In this document: piece by piece, positions 7,975 to 16,991 of the stretch
Numbering within the stretch: position 1 is the stretch's first letter
How the letters are laid out: each line of letters opens with the position of its first letter
Virus record (IMG/VR): IMGVR_UViG_3300021963_000162
Span: 1-53,767 of that record
From: a virus
Lineage: Duplodnaviria; Caudoviricetes
Strand: one strand, 5' to 3'
Length of the DNA: 53,767 nt
Translations under genes and position numbers: made by a program
The notes under the pieces: model-generated
Databases searched by the model: none
Told to the model about the DNA's origin: nothing
What the model saw: only the letters and a program-made list of their open reading frames with translations

Positions 7975-8552
7975 TTGAATTAGTTGAAGTAATAACACCA
8001 GAACAAAAATTGTTGGTGAAGAATATTATTGAAAACAATCATTCTTATGTACCAACAAATTCATCTGTTGGTCGCAGGATTGATTGGTTAATTTACCACG
8101 ATGATGGTTCATCTTTATTTCCTGAATGTATTGGTATGATAGGCATTGGTTCATCGGTCTACCCACCACCAAAAGATATATTGAGATATCTTGGTCTATC
8201 TAAGGAAGAATACAAAAATAAATTCAATTCAATTGCCAATAATTGGCGGTTCTGTTTCAGTAAATCTATTAAGAATGCTGGAACACAAACACTCAAACAG
8301 TTGAGGTTAAAGTCAGCTGATGCTTGGAAAAGAAGATATGGTGATGATTTAACACACATCATTACCTTTGTTGGTGCAGGTAAAAATGGAGCAGTTTATC
8401 TAGCGGATAATTGGAGTCAAATAGGTGAAACTGCCGGTTTACCAAAACATAAATCTTCTTCCATGAAATGGAACAACAGCACCGAATTGAAAGAACTTTT
8501 TGTTAAACCTACAGGTGAAAATAAAAAGATAATTTTTATTAAAAAGATTTGA
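7971..8552 (+). CDS. DUF4338 (Druantia DruA / Mom-like GNAT-fold) domain protein
   Basis: HSYV...VGRR..WLI, IGMIGIGS, ANNWRF, W..RYGD....ITFV, GAVY.ADNW..IGETAG and KIIFIK motif series. Confidence 0.7.
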   Translation: MIELVEVITPEQKLLVKNIIENNHSYVPTNSSVGRRIDWLIYHDDGSSLFPECIGMIGIGSSVYPPPKDILRYLGLSKEEYKNKFNSIANNWRFCFSKSIKNAGTQTLKQLRLKSADAWKRRYGDDLTHIITFVGAGKNGAVYLADNWSQIGETAGLPKHKSSSMKWNNSTELKELFVKPTGENKKIIFIKKI

Positions 8553-8559
8553 GTATCTT

Positions 8560-9294
8560 ATGCCAAGTAAAGAATATTATGAAGGACATGATATGGAGAA
8601 AAACAACATTCTCCATAAACACCTAGTTGAATTTTTTAAATTCGATGAAATAACTACAGATGGTTCAACTAGAACTAAGTCAGATATTATCGGGTTAAAA
8701 AATAAAAAAAGAGTCAACATATCTGTAAAAAATGCCTCAGGTAAAAATACACAGGTACATTTAACGACATTGAAAAAACTTGCAGAAGATTTGAGTATGC
8801 CTAAAGGTGTTGTTTCTAAATTAACTCTTTGGTTTGGTACAAATGATTTTGAAGAATTTAAAAGTTGGTCAAAAGATATACAATTAACAGAATATGAATA
8901 TGACCATGCCCGACTATGTAGTGAGAATATTCCAAATTGGAAAAATGTTGAAACTTGGTTCAATGAAAACAATAAAAACATTTCCAGTTTACTATTGGAA
9001 AGTTTAAGTGGTGATGAAAAATCAGAATACTTGGTTTGGGTAAACAAGCGCCAGAAAAATGTTCAAATAGTTAGTATACCTAAATTGATTAAATATATTG
9101 AAGAACATTGTGTTTGGATAACTATGCCAAGTGGAACAATTCTAAGGTGTATTACACCAAACAATAAAGCAATAATGTGGTTACAAATGAAAGGTAATCG
9201 CACAGATGATGGTTACAATAGATGTCCACAATTTCATTTGGTAGAAAATTGGCCGGAAAATCTTATATTAAATAAAGATATTATAAACCTATGA
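8560..9294 (+). CDS. Type II restriction-endonuclease-like PD-(D/E)xK nuclease
   Basis: TKSDI-x10-ISVK-x6-TQVH and LQMKG...QF motifs, reminiscent of MspI/HinP1I-like enzymes. Confidence 0.55.
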   Translation: MPSKEYYEGHDMEKNNILHKHLVEFFKFDEITTDGSTRTKSDIIGLKNKKRVNISVKNASGKNTQVHLTTLKKLAEDLSMPKGVVSKLTLWFGTNDFEEFKSWSKDIQLTEYEYDHARLCSENIPNWKNVETWFNENNKNISSLLLESLSGDEKSEYLVWVNKRQKNVQIVSIPKLIKYIEEHCVWITMPSGTILRCITPNNKAIMWLQMKGNRTDDGYNRCPQFHLVENWPENLILNKDIINL

Positions 9295-9911
9295 GTTTCA
9301 CTTTTGAGGAAGGGTCTGGCTTTTCAGCCTATGCTTTATTCAATGCAGTCAAATTACATTTTACCTCTGATAGTTATGATTATTTTAAGTATGGCGGTAA
9401 AACCAATGTTTCAAGAGACAACTTTGCCCAGCGAAAAGATAAGTATACCTTCTACAGGTTATCCCGCAATTACAAACTAGATGAGTTACGGGATTTCTAT
9501 GTTGCCAATTTTCTGGTTAAATCTGTAAACTGGATTGGCGATATTGCCAATGCAGAAGGTGAAGAAAACTACAAAAACTGGCAAAAAAGAAACCAGAGCT
9601 TGACATATCAGTTCGAACAAGATATAATGGGACTACTTAACGCAACACAATCACCAAATGAAATGTTGATGGTTGAAAATGGACAATACCCATTGTTGTT
9701 GAGAGAAGTGATGCAAGGCACTATCAATATTGAAACGATGGTTATACTGAATGATATTATGAATTTCTTTCCAATGTGGTCAAAAAAGATATCAGATACG
9801 ATTGTCTGGCCAGAATATGAAAAGAAATGTTTGAGTTATCAACCATTCATCAATTACGATAAAAATAAATTTGTAAGTATTTTGAAAGAAAGTATCAAAG
9901 ATTATGCATAA
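9291..9911 (+). CDS. gp59: Helicase loader gp59
   Basis: AY.LF.AVKLHFTSDSYDYFKYGGK, F..RKDKY.F motifs; synteny. Confidence 0.9.
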   Translation: MSFTFEEGSGFSAYALFNAVKLHFTSDSYDYFKYGGKTNVSRDNFAQRKDKYTFYRLSRNYKLDELRDFYVANFLVKSVNWIGDIANAEGEENYKNWQKRNQSLTYQFEQDIMGLLNATQSPNEMLMVENGQYPLLLREVMQGTINIETMVILNDIMNFFPMWSKKISDTIVWPEYEKKCLSYQPFINYDKNKFVSILKESIKDYA

Positions 9912-10395
9912 ACAATTTATTAAGACCATTTACTTGGACATGGATGGTGTGATTGCTGACTTTGAGAAACGATACAAAGAATTGTATCAAATAGAACCTC
10001 ATCAAGCAGAAAGAAAAAAACAGTTCGGCAAACTCTTTAATGACTTTATTGAGACTAGGCAATTTGCAACACTTGATATGATGCCTCAGGCTGAACAGTT
10101 GATTAGTTTCTTAAAAGGTATTGATATACCAACAAAGATTCTTTCTTCTACTGCAAGTCAGGAAAGACATGAATTTATTGCACCACAGAAAGAAGAATGG
10201 CTTGATGCACATGGCATTACTTTTGAACGCATCTTTGTACCTGGCAAAAGTCTCAAGTACAAGTATGCAGATTCCGAATCACTAATTATTGATGATACTG
10301 TAAGTGTTATTGATGATTGGCGTAGAAATGGTGGACATGCAATTTGGCATAACAATGTGCCAGCCACCTTGGCAATGTTGAAACTTTATGTTTGA
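9904..10395 (+). CDS. HAD-superfamily 5'(3')-deoxyribonucleotidase
   Basis: YLDMDGVIADF motif I, K..WL and LIIDD motif. Confidence 0.85.
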   Translation: MHKQFIKTIYLDMDGVIADFEKRYKELYQIEPHQAERKKQFGKLFNDFIETRQFATLDMMPQAEQLISFLKGIDIPTKILSSTASQERHEFIAPQKEEWLDAHGITFERIFVPGKSLKYKYADSESLIIDDTVSVIDDWRRNGGHAIWHNNVPATLAMLKLYV

Positions 10396-10420
10396 CAACG
10401 CCTAAATAAAAGTATATAAT
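10392..10420 (+). promoter_or_regulatory. Consensus sigma70 promoter with a nested late promoter for gp32
   Basis: TTGACA-17 nt-TATAAT, with CCTAAATA at 10401-10408 inside the spacer. Confidence 0.75.
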
Positions 10421-10480
10421 GCATAATGTGGACAATCCGTTTTAAAATTTTATATTCCGTTTATACTAGAAAGGTAAATT

Positions 10481-11359
10481 ATGGTAGATTTCTCTAAATT
10501 GAAAACCGGTTCAGGCAATCTGGACAAGTTGAAAAAATCAATCGAAGCTCTTAACGCTTCATCAGGCGATGCCTCCGACAAAGAAAAATTCTGGCGACCA
10601 GAAGTCGATAAAGCAGGCAACGGCATGGCAACAATCCGATTCTTACCCGCAGCACCAGTAGATGGTGACGATGGTTTGCCTTGGGTTAAAATCTTTGGTC
10701 ATGGTTTTCAGGGACCAGGCGGTTGGTTAATCGACAACTGTTTGACAACTAAGAACCAACAATGTCCAGTTTGTGAACACAACAACAAATTGTGGAACTC
10801 TGGCATTGAAGCAAACAAAGATATTGTACGCAAACAAAAGCGTAAACTAAACTATATCTGTAATGTGTATATCGTTTCTGATCCTAAGCATCCAGAGAAC
10901 GAAGGACAAGTTAAATTGTTCAAGTTCGGTGCCAAGATTTTTGAGAAGATTACAGAGGCAATGAACCCTCAGTTTGAAGATGAAACACCAATCAATCCAT
11001 TTGATTTGTGGAAAGGTGCTAACTTCAAGTTGAAGATTACTAAAGTTGCAGGTTATCAGAACTATGATAAGTCTGAATTCATGTCTCCATCACCATTGTC
11101 TGACGATGATGCGGAACTTGAAAAGATTTGGAAGTCTGAAAACTCTTTGGCTGAGTTGGTTGCTGACAAAGAATTCAAATCATATGATGCTTTGAAAGAC
11201 CGTTTGGAAAAGGTTCTTGGCTTGAATGGTGATGCTCCTGCTGCAAAAACAACAGTCGAACAATTGAAGGCTGCACCTAAGAAAACAGTTGCAGAACCTG
11301 ACCTTGCATCAGAAGATGATGACGATATGGCATACTTTGCGAAGTTAGCCGAAGAATAA
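10481..11359 (+). CDS. gp32: Single-stranded DNA-binding protein gp32
   Basis: FW.P..DKAGNG.A.IRFLP, HGFQGPGGW, CPVCE, NYDKSEF and an acidic tail. Confidence 0.97.
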   Translation: MVDFSKLKTGSGNLDKLKKSIEALNASSGDASDKEKFWRPEVDKAGNGMATIRFLPAAPVDGDDGLPWVKIFGHGFQGPGGWLIDNCLTTKNQQCPVCEHNNKLWNSGIEANKDIVRKQKRKLNYICNVYIVSDPKHPENEGQVKLFKFGAKIFEKITEAMNPQFEDETPINPFDLWKGANFKLKITKVAGYQNYDKSEFMSPSPLSDDDAELEKIWKSENSLAELVADKEFKSYDALKDRLEKVLGLNGDAPAAKTTVEQLKAAPKKTVAEPDLASEDDDDMAYFAKLAEE

Positions 11360-11390
11360 ACTAAAGCTCCTTTCTCAGAACTTAGTTTGG

Positions 11391-11414
11391 ACCCCGCCTA
11401 GTGCGGGGTTTTTT
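11391..11414 (+). terminator. Intrinsic terminator between convergent units
   Basis: ACCCCGC-CTAGT-GCGGGGT followed by a T run. Confidence 0.85.
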
Positions 11415-11419
11415 ATTGC

Positions 11420-12904
11420 TTAGACTACTCTTGTGGAGTTAATTATCATTCGTTGGAATGAGTCCTCCAAGTTCCTAACAGAAGGTATAGGAATCTTTTT
11501 AGAACCACTTCTTTGTGGTGTATTAATTACCTTATTTACCGATGCATCTTGTAATGCTTTGTCTGTGGTATTGCTTGGTAAATTCAAAGAAACATTCTCT
11601 TTAGTTACAGTATTCAATACTTCACTCTTTGGTGGTTGATTTACAACTGGTGGAGTAACAATAGTTGGTTCAGGTACCTTTGGCATCTGTGTGTCCAACC
11701 TTCTTGGATCGTAGGTTGCATTTCTTTGACCTGGTACTTGATTGCCTTGTTTCATCAGGTTGTTGTCTGCCATCTTCTTATCAGCATACGCCTGTGCTTC
11801 ATCCCATGTCTTTTTGTCAGGTCTTTCACCCGTCAACATATTCTTATAATTCTTGTTTCCAGTGTTATCATAGAAACGCTTAGAATTCATATATTCATCA
11901 AGGAATCTTTTTTCAGTTTTAGGTCTTAGTCCTTCATCTTTCTTCTCAATATCTGTCAAAGCTTGTTTTGCAGGTTCAGCACCAGACTTAGCAGCCTTGT
12001 TTAAATAATATCGTACTTCATCATCAGGATTAACATATAGTTGCGCTTCACCTGATTGTGTATCTTCAATTTTCTTTTGCAATCCTTGAACATCACCTTT
12101 GGCCGCAAGTTCTTCTTTTTCTTTTTCTGTGTCTTTAAGTAACTTATAAACACCATATAAAGTTGCAACACCTATGGCAGCTGCAAGGAAAAGTGGGTTG
12201 CCTAATAAACCTAATATACGGAAAGCAGCAGAAATTCCTACACTTTTAAATACACTGAATAGATTTTTTGAAAATTCAAGCACATCTTTGATACCATCAA
12301 TAAATGATGTTAATTGATTTTTTAAATCATTAATCATACTCAAAATGCCAGATAAGAACCCATTACCACTTTCTTTTACTTTGGTTGCAGTACCAGTAGT
12401 TTTTACATTAGCACCCAAAGCTTTCAATAAATCTTTATGTCTCCTATCATCAGCAAGTTTATTGCTTTCTCTAAGGTTATTTTCTTTTTCACGGAGAATC
12501 ATATCATCTTCATGACTCTTATTTAAGAAAGTCAATATTTGATTCAATACTGCTTTCATTCCAGTGGTATCTTCACCACTAGTTGAAGGCAATGCACCTA
12601 TTCTTTTTTCTCTTGAACCTATTGCTTTTGCACGACCAGTAAAGTATTCAATATCTTTTCTGGAACGACCAAAAAGTCTGCCATATAATGCAGGACCTAA
12701 ACGAGAACCAAATGTCAGAAACTTTACAATGTTTAAAGGATCAAATTTTTCTTTGATACCTTTGACTCTTGCCTGTGTTCTTAAACTAATTGCACCACCA
12801 ATGGCACCACCAATACCTTTACCACGAATCAACTCATCCGCAATAAGGTCCTTTAAGGATGTGTTTCTAACACCTTTTGCTTGTTGGTAATTTAATTTAT
12901 CCAT
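11420..12904 (-). CDS. Tape-measure / baseplate-hub-region protein (gp29-position)
   Basis: Helical, low-complexity protein with a central hydrophobic segment; located downstream of gp26/gp51. Confidence 0.45.
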   Translation of the reverse strand: MDKLNYQQAKGVRNTSLKDLIADELIRGKGIGGAIGGAISLRTQARVKGIKEKFDPLNIVKFLTFGSRLGPALYGRLFGRSRKDIEYFTGRAKAIGSREKRIGALPSTSGEDTTGMKAVLNQILTFLNKSHEDDMILREKENNLRESNKLADDRRHKDLLKALGANVKTTGTATKVKESGNGFLSGILSMINDLKNQLTSFIDGIKDVLEFSKNLFSVFKSVGISAAFRILGLLGNPLFLAAAIGVATLYGVYKLLKDTEKEKEELAAKGDVQGLQKKIEDTQSGEAQLYVNPDDEVRYYLNKAAKSGAEPAKQALTDIEKKDEGLRPKTEKRFLDEYMNSKRFYDNTGNKNYKNMLTGERPDKKTWDEAQAYADKKMADNNLMKQGNQVPGQRNATYDPRRLDTQMPKVPEPTIVTPPVVNQPPKSEVLNTVTKENVSLNLPSNTTDKALQDASVNKVINTPQRSGSKKIPIPSVRNLEDSFQRMIINSTRVV

Positions 12905-14445
12905 TATTGTTTAGCCTTCTTGTTCATTGGACTTCTATCATCTTCTTTTTCTACATTAGGTGAAGCACCAGATGGTATATTGTTAATTACAATTGTATTG
13001 TTTCTTGTTGTTTGTGATTGAGCATTTAATTCTTTTTTCATTTGAGCATTTTCCTCAGAAGAAGATTTTAATGAACTGCCAGTTTTATTTGAAGAATGTG
13101 GTACATTAGTTCCTTTTTTAACACGCTCTGCCAATACATTTTCAAAATTTGAAGCCTTAATTTTTTTTAGTTCTTCATTGGTTTTACCATGTACTGGATC
13201 CGGCAATTTAGCGTCAATTAATGCTTGTTGTACAGTCATATCAGTATTTCTTCTGACATAAATTGCTTTAGCTCCACCTGCGCCAATATAATGAGCCATA
13301 TACTCATAACCAGGAGTAATTGGCACACCCAATCTTTTTAATGTTGCAATATCTTGTTCATGCAACTTCTTGTATAATTCTTCTTGTATATCTGGTGTGA
13401 ACTTTGTAGTTTTCATATCATAACCTTTTTGTTGCACCAGGCCTGGTTTGCCTTTGCTTCCAAATAAGGTTGAATTCATAAACTGATATTTACCCATAGC
13501 GCTAGTGCTAGGAGAAACTTTATTTCTTTCTTTGCCCAACATATCTATTTCTTCAAGTGTTAGGTCAGTCAAATCTCTTCCATTAAATCTTTTTTCTGGA
13601 CTAAGATTTTTACCACGAATTACTTTACCATTTTTATCTATTGAATCACCAAAAGTTATATTGTATTTTCCACCAGATTCTGCTGCGCCGATGCCAACAG
13701 AAGTTGCACCAGCAACTGCACCAACCGCAGCAACTTTAGGAATTATTGATGTTGGTGTTGCAACTGGCGGTGTTGGTGCAGGTGGTGTCGGTGCAGTTGT
13801 TACTGGTTTTGCAGTTGCAACTGGTTCATTTGTAATTTTTTTATTTGGTTTAGTTGCTGGTTTTTTAATTGCAGTATTAGGTTTTTTCGGTGATTCAACT
13901 GTTTTTGCTGGTTGGCTAGGTTTCTCTGGTATTTTTGTTGGTTGGCTAGGCTTTGCTGGTGGTTGAACAGGTGTACTAGGCTTTGCTGGTGGTTGAACAG
14001 GTGTACTAGGTTTTGCTGTTGATGTTACAGGTTCACCGCCTTTTGTTGGAGTTGTAGGTTGTTCTTTACCAGGTTCTTTTTTAAACCTACCTTTTTCATC
14101 ACGATAGACTTGACGAATTTCTTTTTTTGTTTTTCTACCAGTTAATGCTTTAATGATTTCCTGGTTTCTTTTATTTTTTTCCAGTTCTTCTTCTTCTAAA
14201 AAACTGTTAGCCATTTCATGGTTGAGTTTCTTATCCTCATCCATTATTTTCATCATCTTGTATATTTTACCTAAGACTTCAACTGGCGTTTCCTTTTCGT
14301 CAGCAACAAACTCTGATGTTGGTGTCTTAGTAATCAATTTCTTAACGGCTGAGAAAGACTTTTTAACACCAGTAAACGCAAGTTTGGCACCACTCATTGC
14401 CATTTTACTAACGGTACTTTTTGTTTCTTCTGATGGTGTTGCCAT
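12904..14445 (-). CDS. Tape-measure-region protein with Pro/Thr linker and lysozyme-like (lytic transglycosylase) domain
   Basis: AESGGKYN...SAMGKYQF...TL...F.P..QE...YMAHYIGAGGA motifs. Confidence 0.65.
   Translation of the reverse strand: MATPSEETKSTVSKMAMSGAKLAFTGVKKSFSAVKKLITKTPTSEFVADEKETPVEVLGKIYKMMKIMDEDKKLNHEMANSFLEEEELEKNKRNQEIIKALTGRKTKKEIRQVYRDEKGRFKKEPGKEQPTTPTKGGEPVTSTAKPSTPVQPPAKPSTPVQPPAKPSQPTKIPEKPSQPAKTVESPKKPNTAIKKPATKPNKKITNEPVATAKPVTTAPTPPAPTPPVATPTSIIPKVAAVGAVAGATSVGIGAAESGGKYNITFGDSIDKNGKVIRGKNLSPEKRFNGRDLTDLTLEEIDMLGKERNKVSPSTSAMGKYQFMNSTLFGSKGKPGLVQQKGYDMKTTKFTPDIQEELYKKLHEQDIATLKRLGVPITPGYEYMAHYIGAGGAKAIYVRRNTDMTVQQALIDAKLPDPVHGKTNEELKKIKASNFENVLAERVKKGTNVPHSSNKTGSSLKSSSEENAQMKKELNAQSQTTRNNTIVINNIPSGASPNVEKEDDRSPMNKKAKQ
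13946..14010. repeat. Perfect 30-bp tandem duplication encoding (PSTPVQPPAK)x2
   Basis: 13951-13980 is identical to 13981-14010. Confidence 0.95.
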
Positions 14446-14446
14446 T

Positions 14447-14641
14447 TTACTTTCTCATTCGTTCTTTTATCTTTTGGTTTTCTTCCTCAATATATTGTAT
14501 CAACATTGCAACATAAATGTCCCTTTCCCATGGCATCATATTGTCTAATTCAAACAAACTATACTTATGGTGTTGCATCAATGAGAAATTCGTCACATAA
14601 TAATTTCTCAAATTGTCATGGCGAAAGGTTATCCGAAAAAA
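14447..14641 (-). CDS. gp51: gp51-like baseplate hub assembly / chaperone C-terminal ORF (first ATG at 14578; frame open through the gp26 slippery site)
   Basis: Manual translation RITFRHDNLRNYYVTNFSLMQHHKYSLFELDNMMPWERDIYVAMLIQYIEEENQKIKERMRK*; the HKYSL.E..NM.PWER..Y motif is typical. Confidence 0.8.
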   Translation of the reverse strand, partial: FFRITFRHDNLRNYYVTNFSLMQHHKYSLFELDNMMPWERDIYVAMLIQYIEEENQKIKERMRK

Positions 14642-15354
14642 CTTTCTAGGCCTTCTACATTAATCTCATGGTGAAAACCACATTTGCTGCAAGTCATTTC
14701 AACTTTCTCTTTTAACTTTGGTAAGTTATTAAAGAACTTTTCAATTTTTTCAAATTGTGCTTGATTTAAATTCTCAACAAACTCTACCATTTCTTCAATC
14801 GGTGTTTCGTGTGCGTAATAAAACTGGTCACCATCATAAATGTGTTCTATACTGCGAGCCAACATATTGAAGGTAATTTCAGTTTCATCTTCAATATTGA
14901 TTGAATCTTTAACAATAGAAAATTCAGGATACTTCATCTTAATTGAAAGTTTGTCTGTCAACTTAATGTCAGGTGAAATACTATCATCCATTTGAACTTT
15001 AATGTTTGTCAAATCAACTTTAGATTCCATTGTGTTACCACATTCTTTACCGTCAACTTCATTGTTGCAACGATACTTTGAATCAATCATTTCACCAACT
15101 GATTTTGCTCTCAAGTTGATAAAGTAATATTCTATGTCAACAATTGGTAATTTACCAATATCCACATTTTCAGTCAATGTACAATTATTTAAAATGTCAC
15201 TAATTGCATTGTGTACTGAACCAGAATCAGATGATTCCATGGCCATTAAAAGGTTTCTTTGTTCTTTAACTAGAAACGGACGAAATTTAATTTTCTTCTT
15301 TGAAACTGGTAAATCCAATTCATATGTTGGCACATCAATTTTTGGTAAAGCCAT
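14629..15354 (-). CDS. gp26: gp26-like baseplate hub subunit / assembly chaperone
   Basis: MALPK..VPTY.L.LP, RPFLVKE, LRAKSVGE, C..CG and GL.SFF motifs. Confidence 0.88.
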   Translation of the reverse strand: MALPKIDVPTYELDLPVSKKKIKFRPFLVKEQRNLLMAMESSDSGSVHNAISDILNNCTLTENVDIGKLPIVDIEYYFINLRAKSVGEMIDSKYRCNNEVDGKECGNTMESKVDLTNIKVQMDDSISPDIKLTDKLSIKMKYPEFSIVKDSINIEDETEITFNMLARSIEHIYDGDQFYYAHETPIEEMVEFVENLNQAQFEKIEKFFNNLPKLKEKVEMTCSKCGFHHEINVEGLESFFG

Positions 15355-15374
15355 AATAACTCCTTATAGTAAAA

Positions 15375-15890
15375 TCAGTTTTGTTCCCATCGTGTGTACG
15401 CAAATGTCACAGCCAATTTATGGTAACCATCGGAACTCCAATCTAAATCAAGTTGATTGATAGATATTGGGTAAGCTTGAATAATACGAGCTGAGTAAGT
15501 CAGCCTATTAGTCAAATCATATTGATTAATCAACAAATCTGTTGAATATTCTTCTTTGTATTTGTAATTGTTAGTACTTTTTGGATTGATATATTCAAAC
15601 CAATCATCAAAAAAATACTTTTCAGCCATATCACCACTAACAATAAAAGTCAAATCTAAGTCATTGTATGTGGTAAGATATGGAAATTTTTCAACTGGAC
15701 CATATGTTCTTTGGTCCGCTGTGGCAAAGGTGCGACCTGGAAGTTGAGCAGCCTCACAACGATATGCCAATTGAACCATATTGTAGATTGAACCTAGGCC
15801 TGCTGGCGGAAACAAATAAACATCAAAACGATTAGGTCTTGATAGTTCTGTCCTGAAACTTGATTTAAAATTATCTAAACTCTTGAACAT
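15375..15890 (-). CDS. Tail tube initiator / tube-like protein (gp54-like)
   Basis: RPNRF.V, CE...LPGR, AYP.SI...L.W and VTFAY..W motifs. Confidence 0.75.
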   Translation of the reverse strand: MFKSLDNFKSSFRTELSRPNRFDVYLFPPAGLGSIYNMVQLAYRCEAAQLPGRTFATADQRTYGPVEKFPYLTTYNDLDLTFIVSGDMAEKYFFDDWFEYINPKSTNNYKYKEEYSTDLLINQYDLTNRLTYSARIIQAYPISINQLDLDWSSDGYHKLAVTFAYTRWEQN

Positions 15891-16510
15891 TAATTTTTCC
15901 TTATTTCTGCAACCGATTCTTTCCAGACCGTATTAACTGGTGTTTTCTTGAATTGTTGTACTGGCAAGTATGTTGCAATGTCCCATTCGTTTGGTTGAAC
16001 CGCAAGAATTCTTGATTTTATATGTGTATACAGATACTTTTTAATACAAGGTCTGAATTCTTTATATCTACTAGATGCGTTCAAAATTGGATATGTGATA
16101 CGAATTCTTTTAATTTCATCTTCATCATTGTATAATGCTAATGGCATTAACTTACGCAAAAAATTCACTCTATATTTGATTGGCAAATAATGTAAGTTTA
16201 AACCAAGAAAACCATCAGCCTCTCTTTTCAATGGCATCACTAAAGGAAAACGGTCATAATATGGTAATTCATTTTTTCCTAGTGGGTCATATACAAAATA
16301 ATATAAACCACCCATTAAAAACTTCTGACGGTCTGACGGCCTTGTAAATCTGGTTTTTTCTTTGGTTATAGGAACAATCAAACGAGTTGGGTTACGCAAC
16401 TCAGCAACTTTTTTAGTCAACCAAAGTGCAGATTCACGGCTCATCGTCTGCATATCTTTTGCAGATTTTTCCCCGGCCAGGCTTGTAAGTATAGATGGTT
16501 TTATTGTCAT
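15890..16510 (-). CDS. gp2: DNA end protector protein gp2
   Basis: YDP..K..LPYYDRFPLV, GLNLHYLP and CIKKYL motifs. Confidence 0.92.
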   Translation of the reverse strand: MTIKPSILTSLAGEKSAKDMQTMSRESALWLTKKVAELRNPTRLIVPITKEKTRFTRPSDRQKFLMGGLYYFVYDPLGKNELPYYDRFPLVMPLKREADGFLGLNLHYLPIKYRVNFLRKLMPLALYNDEDEIKRIRITYPILNASSRYKEFRPCIKKYLYTHIKSRILAVQPNEWDIATYLPVQQFKKTPVNTVWKESVAEIRKN

Positions 16511-16514
16511 GGTC

Positions 16515-16522
16515 TATTTAGT
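16515..16522 (-). promoter_or_regulatory. Late promoter-like ACTAAATA, 4 nt before the gp2 ATG
   Basis: Minus strand reads ACTAAATA-GACC-ATG, embedded in the inverted repeat GGTCTA...TAGACC. Confidence 0.55.
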
Positions 16523-16956
16523 TATAGACCTAGGTGGTCTTCCGTGATAAGTTTGAATTCCCAGCCACGATCCAAACAATATTCTGTGGCCGCCTTGAAT
16601 TTGGCCTGATTGACACCCCATGTAGTAACTTCTGTGATGTATCTTTTAGTAACTCGCCTTTGTGGTATTGGTGGTTGTGTTTGTTTCTTTGGTTTGACTT
16701 CTAACATCATGGTTCTAAGTTGACCGTTTTTGTCTTTAACTTTAACAACGAAATCTGGAAAGTATCTGTGCCAACGGCCATCAACTGGAGAAATATACGG
16801 AATGATAATTTCCTCTGAAGCCCAAGAGACAATATTTGGATTTTTGTCGAGCCAATTCATCACTCTAGCTTCCCAACTTGAGCGATAAATGATGTTTTTA
16901 TAATCCCCAACATATTTTTGTGGGTTTGTGGGCTTGAATGTTCCTGAATATGCCAT
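16522..16956 (-). CDS. gp4: Head completion nuclease gp4 (TnsA-like)
   Basis: MAYSG.FKP.NP.KY.GD, YRSSWE, HRYFPDF, EVKP..QT and N.AKF.AA motifs. Confidence 0.95.
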   Translation of the reverse strand: MAYSGTFKPTNPQKYVGDYKNIIYRSSWEARVMNWLDKNPNIVSWASEEIIIPYISPVDGRWHRYFPDFVVKVKDKNGQLRTMMLEVKPKKQTQPPIPQRRVTKRYITEVTTWGVNQAKFKAATEYCLDRGWEFKLITEDHLGL

Positions 16957-16991
16957 AAATACTATATATAACTTTTTTCAACAGGAAAAAA

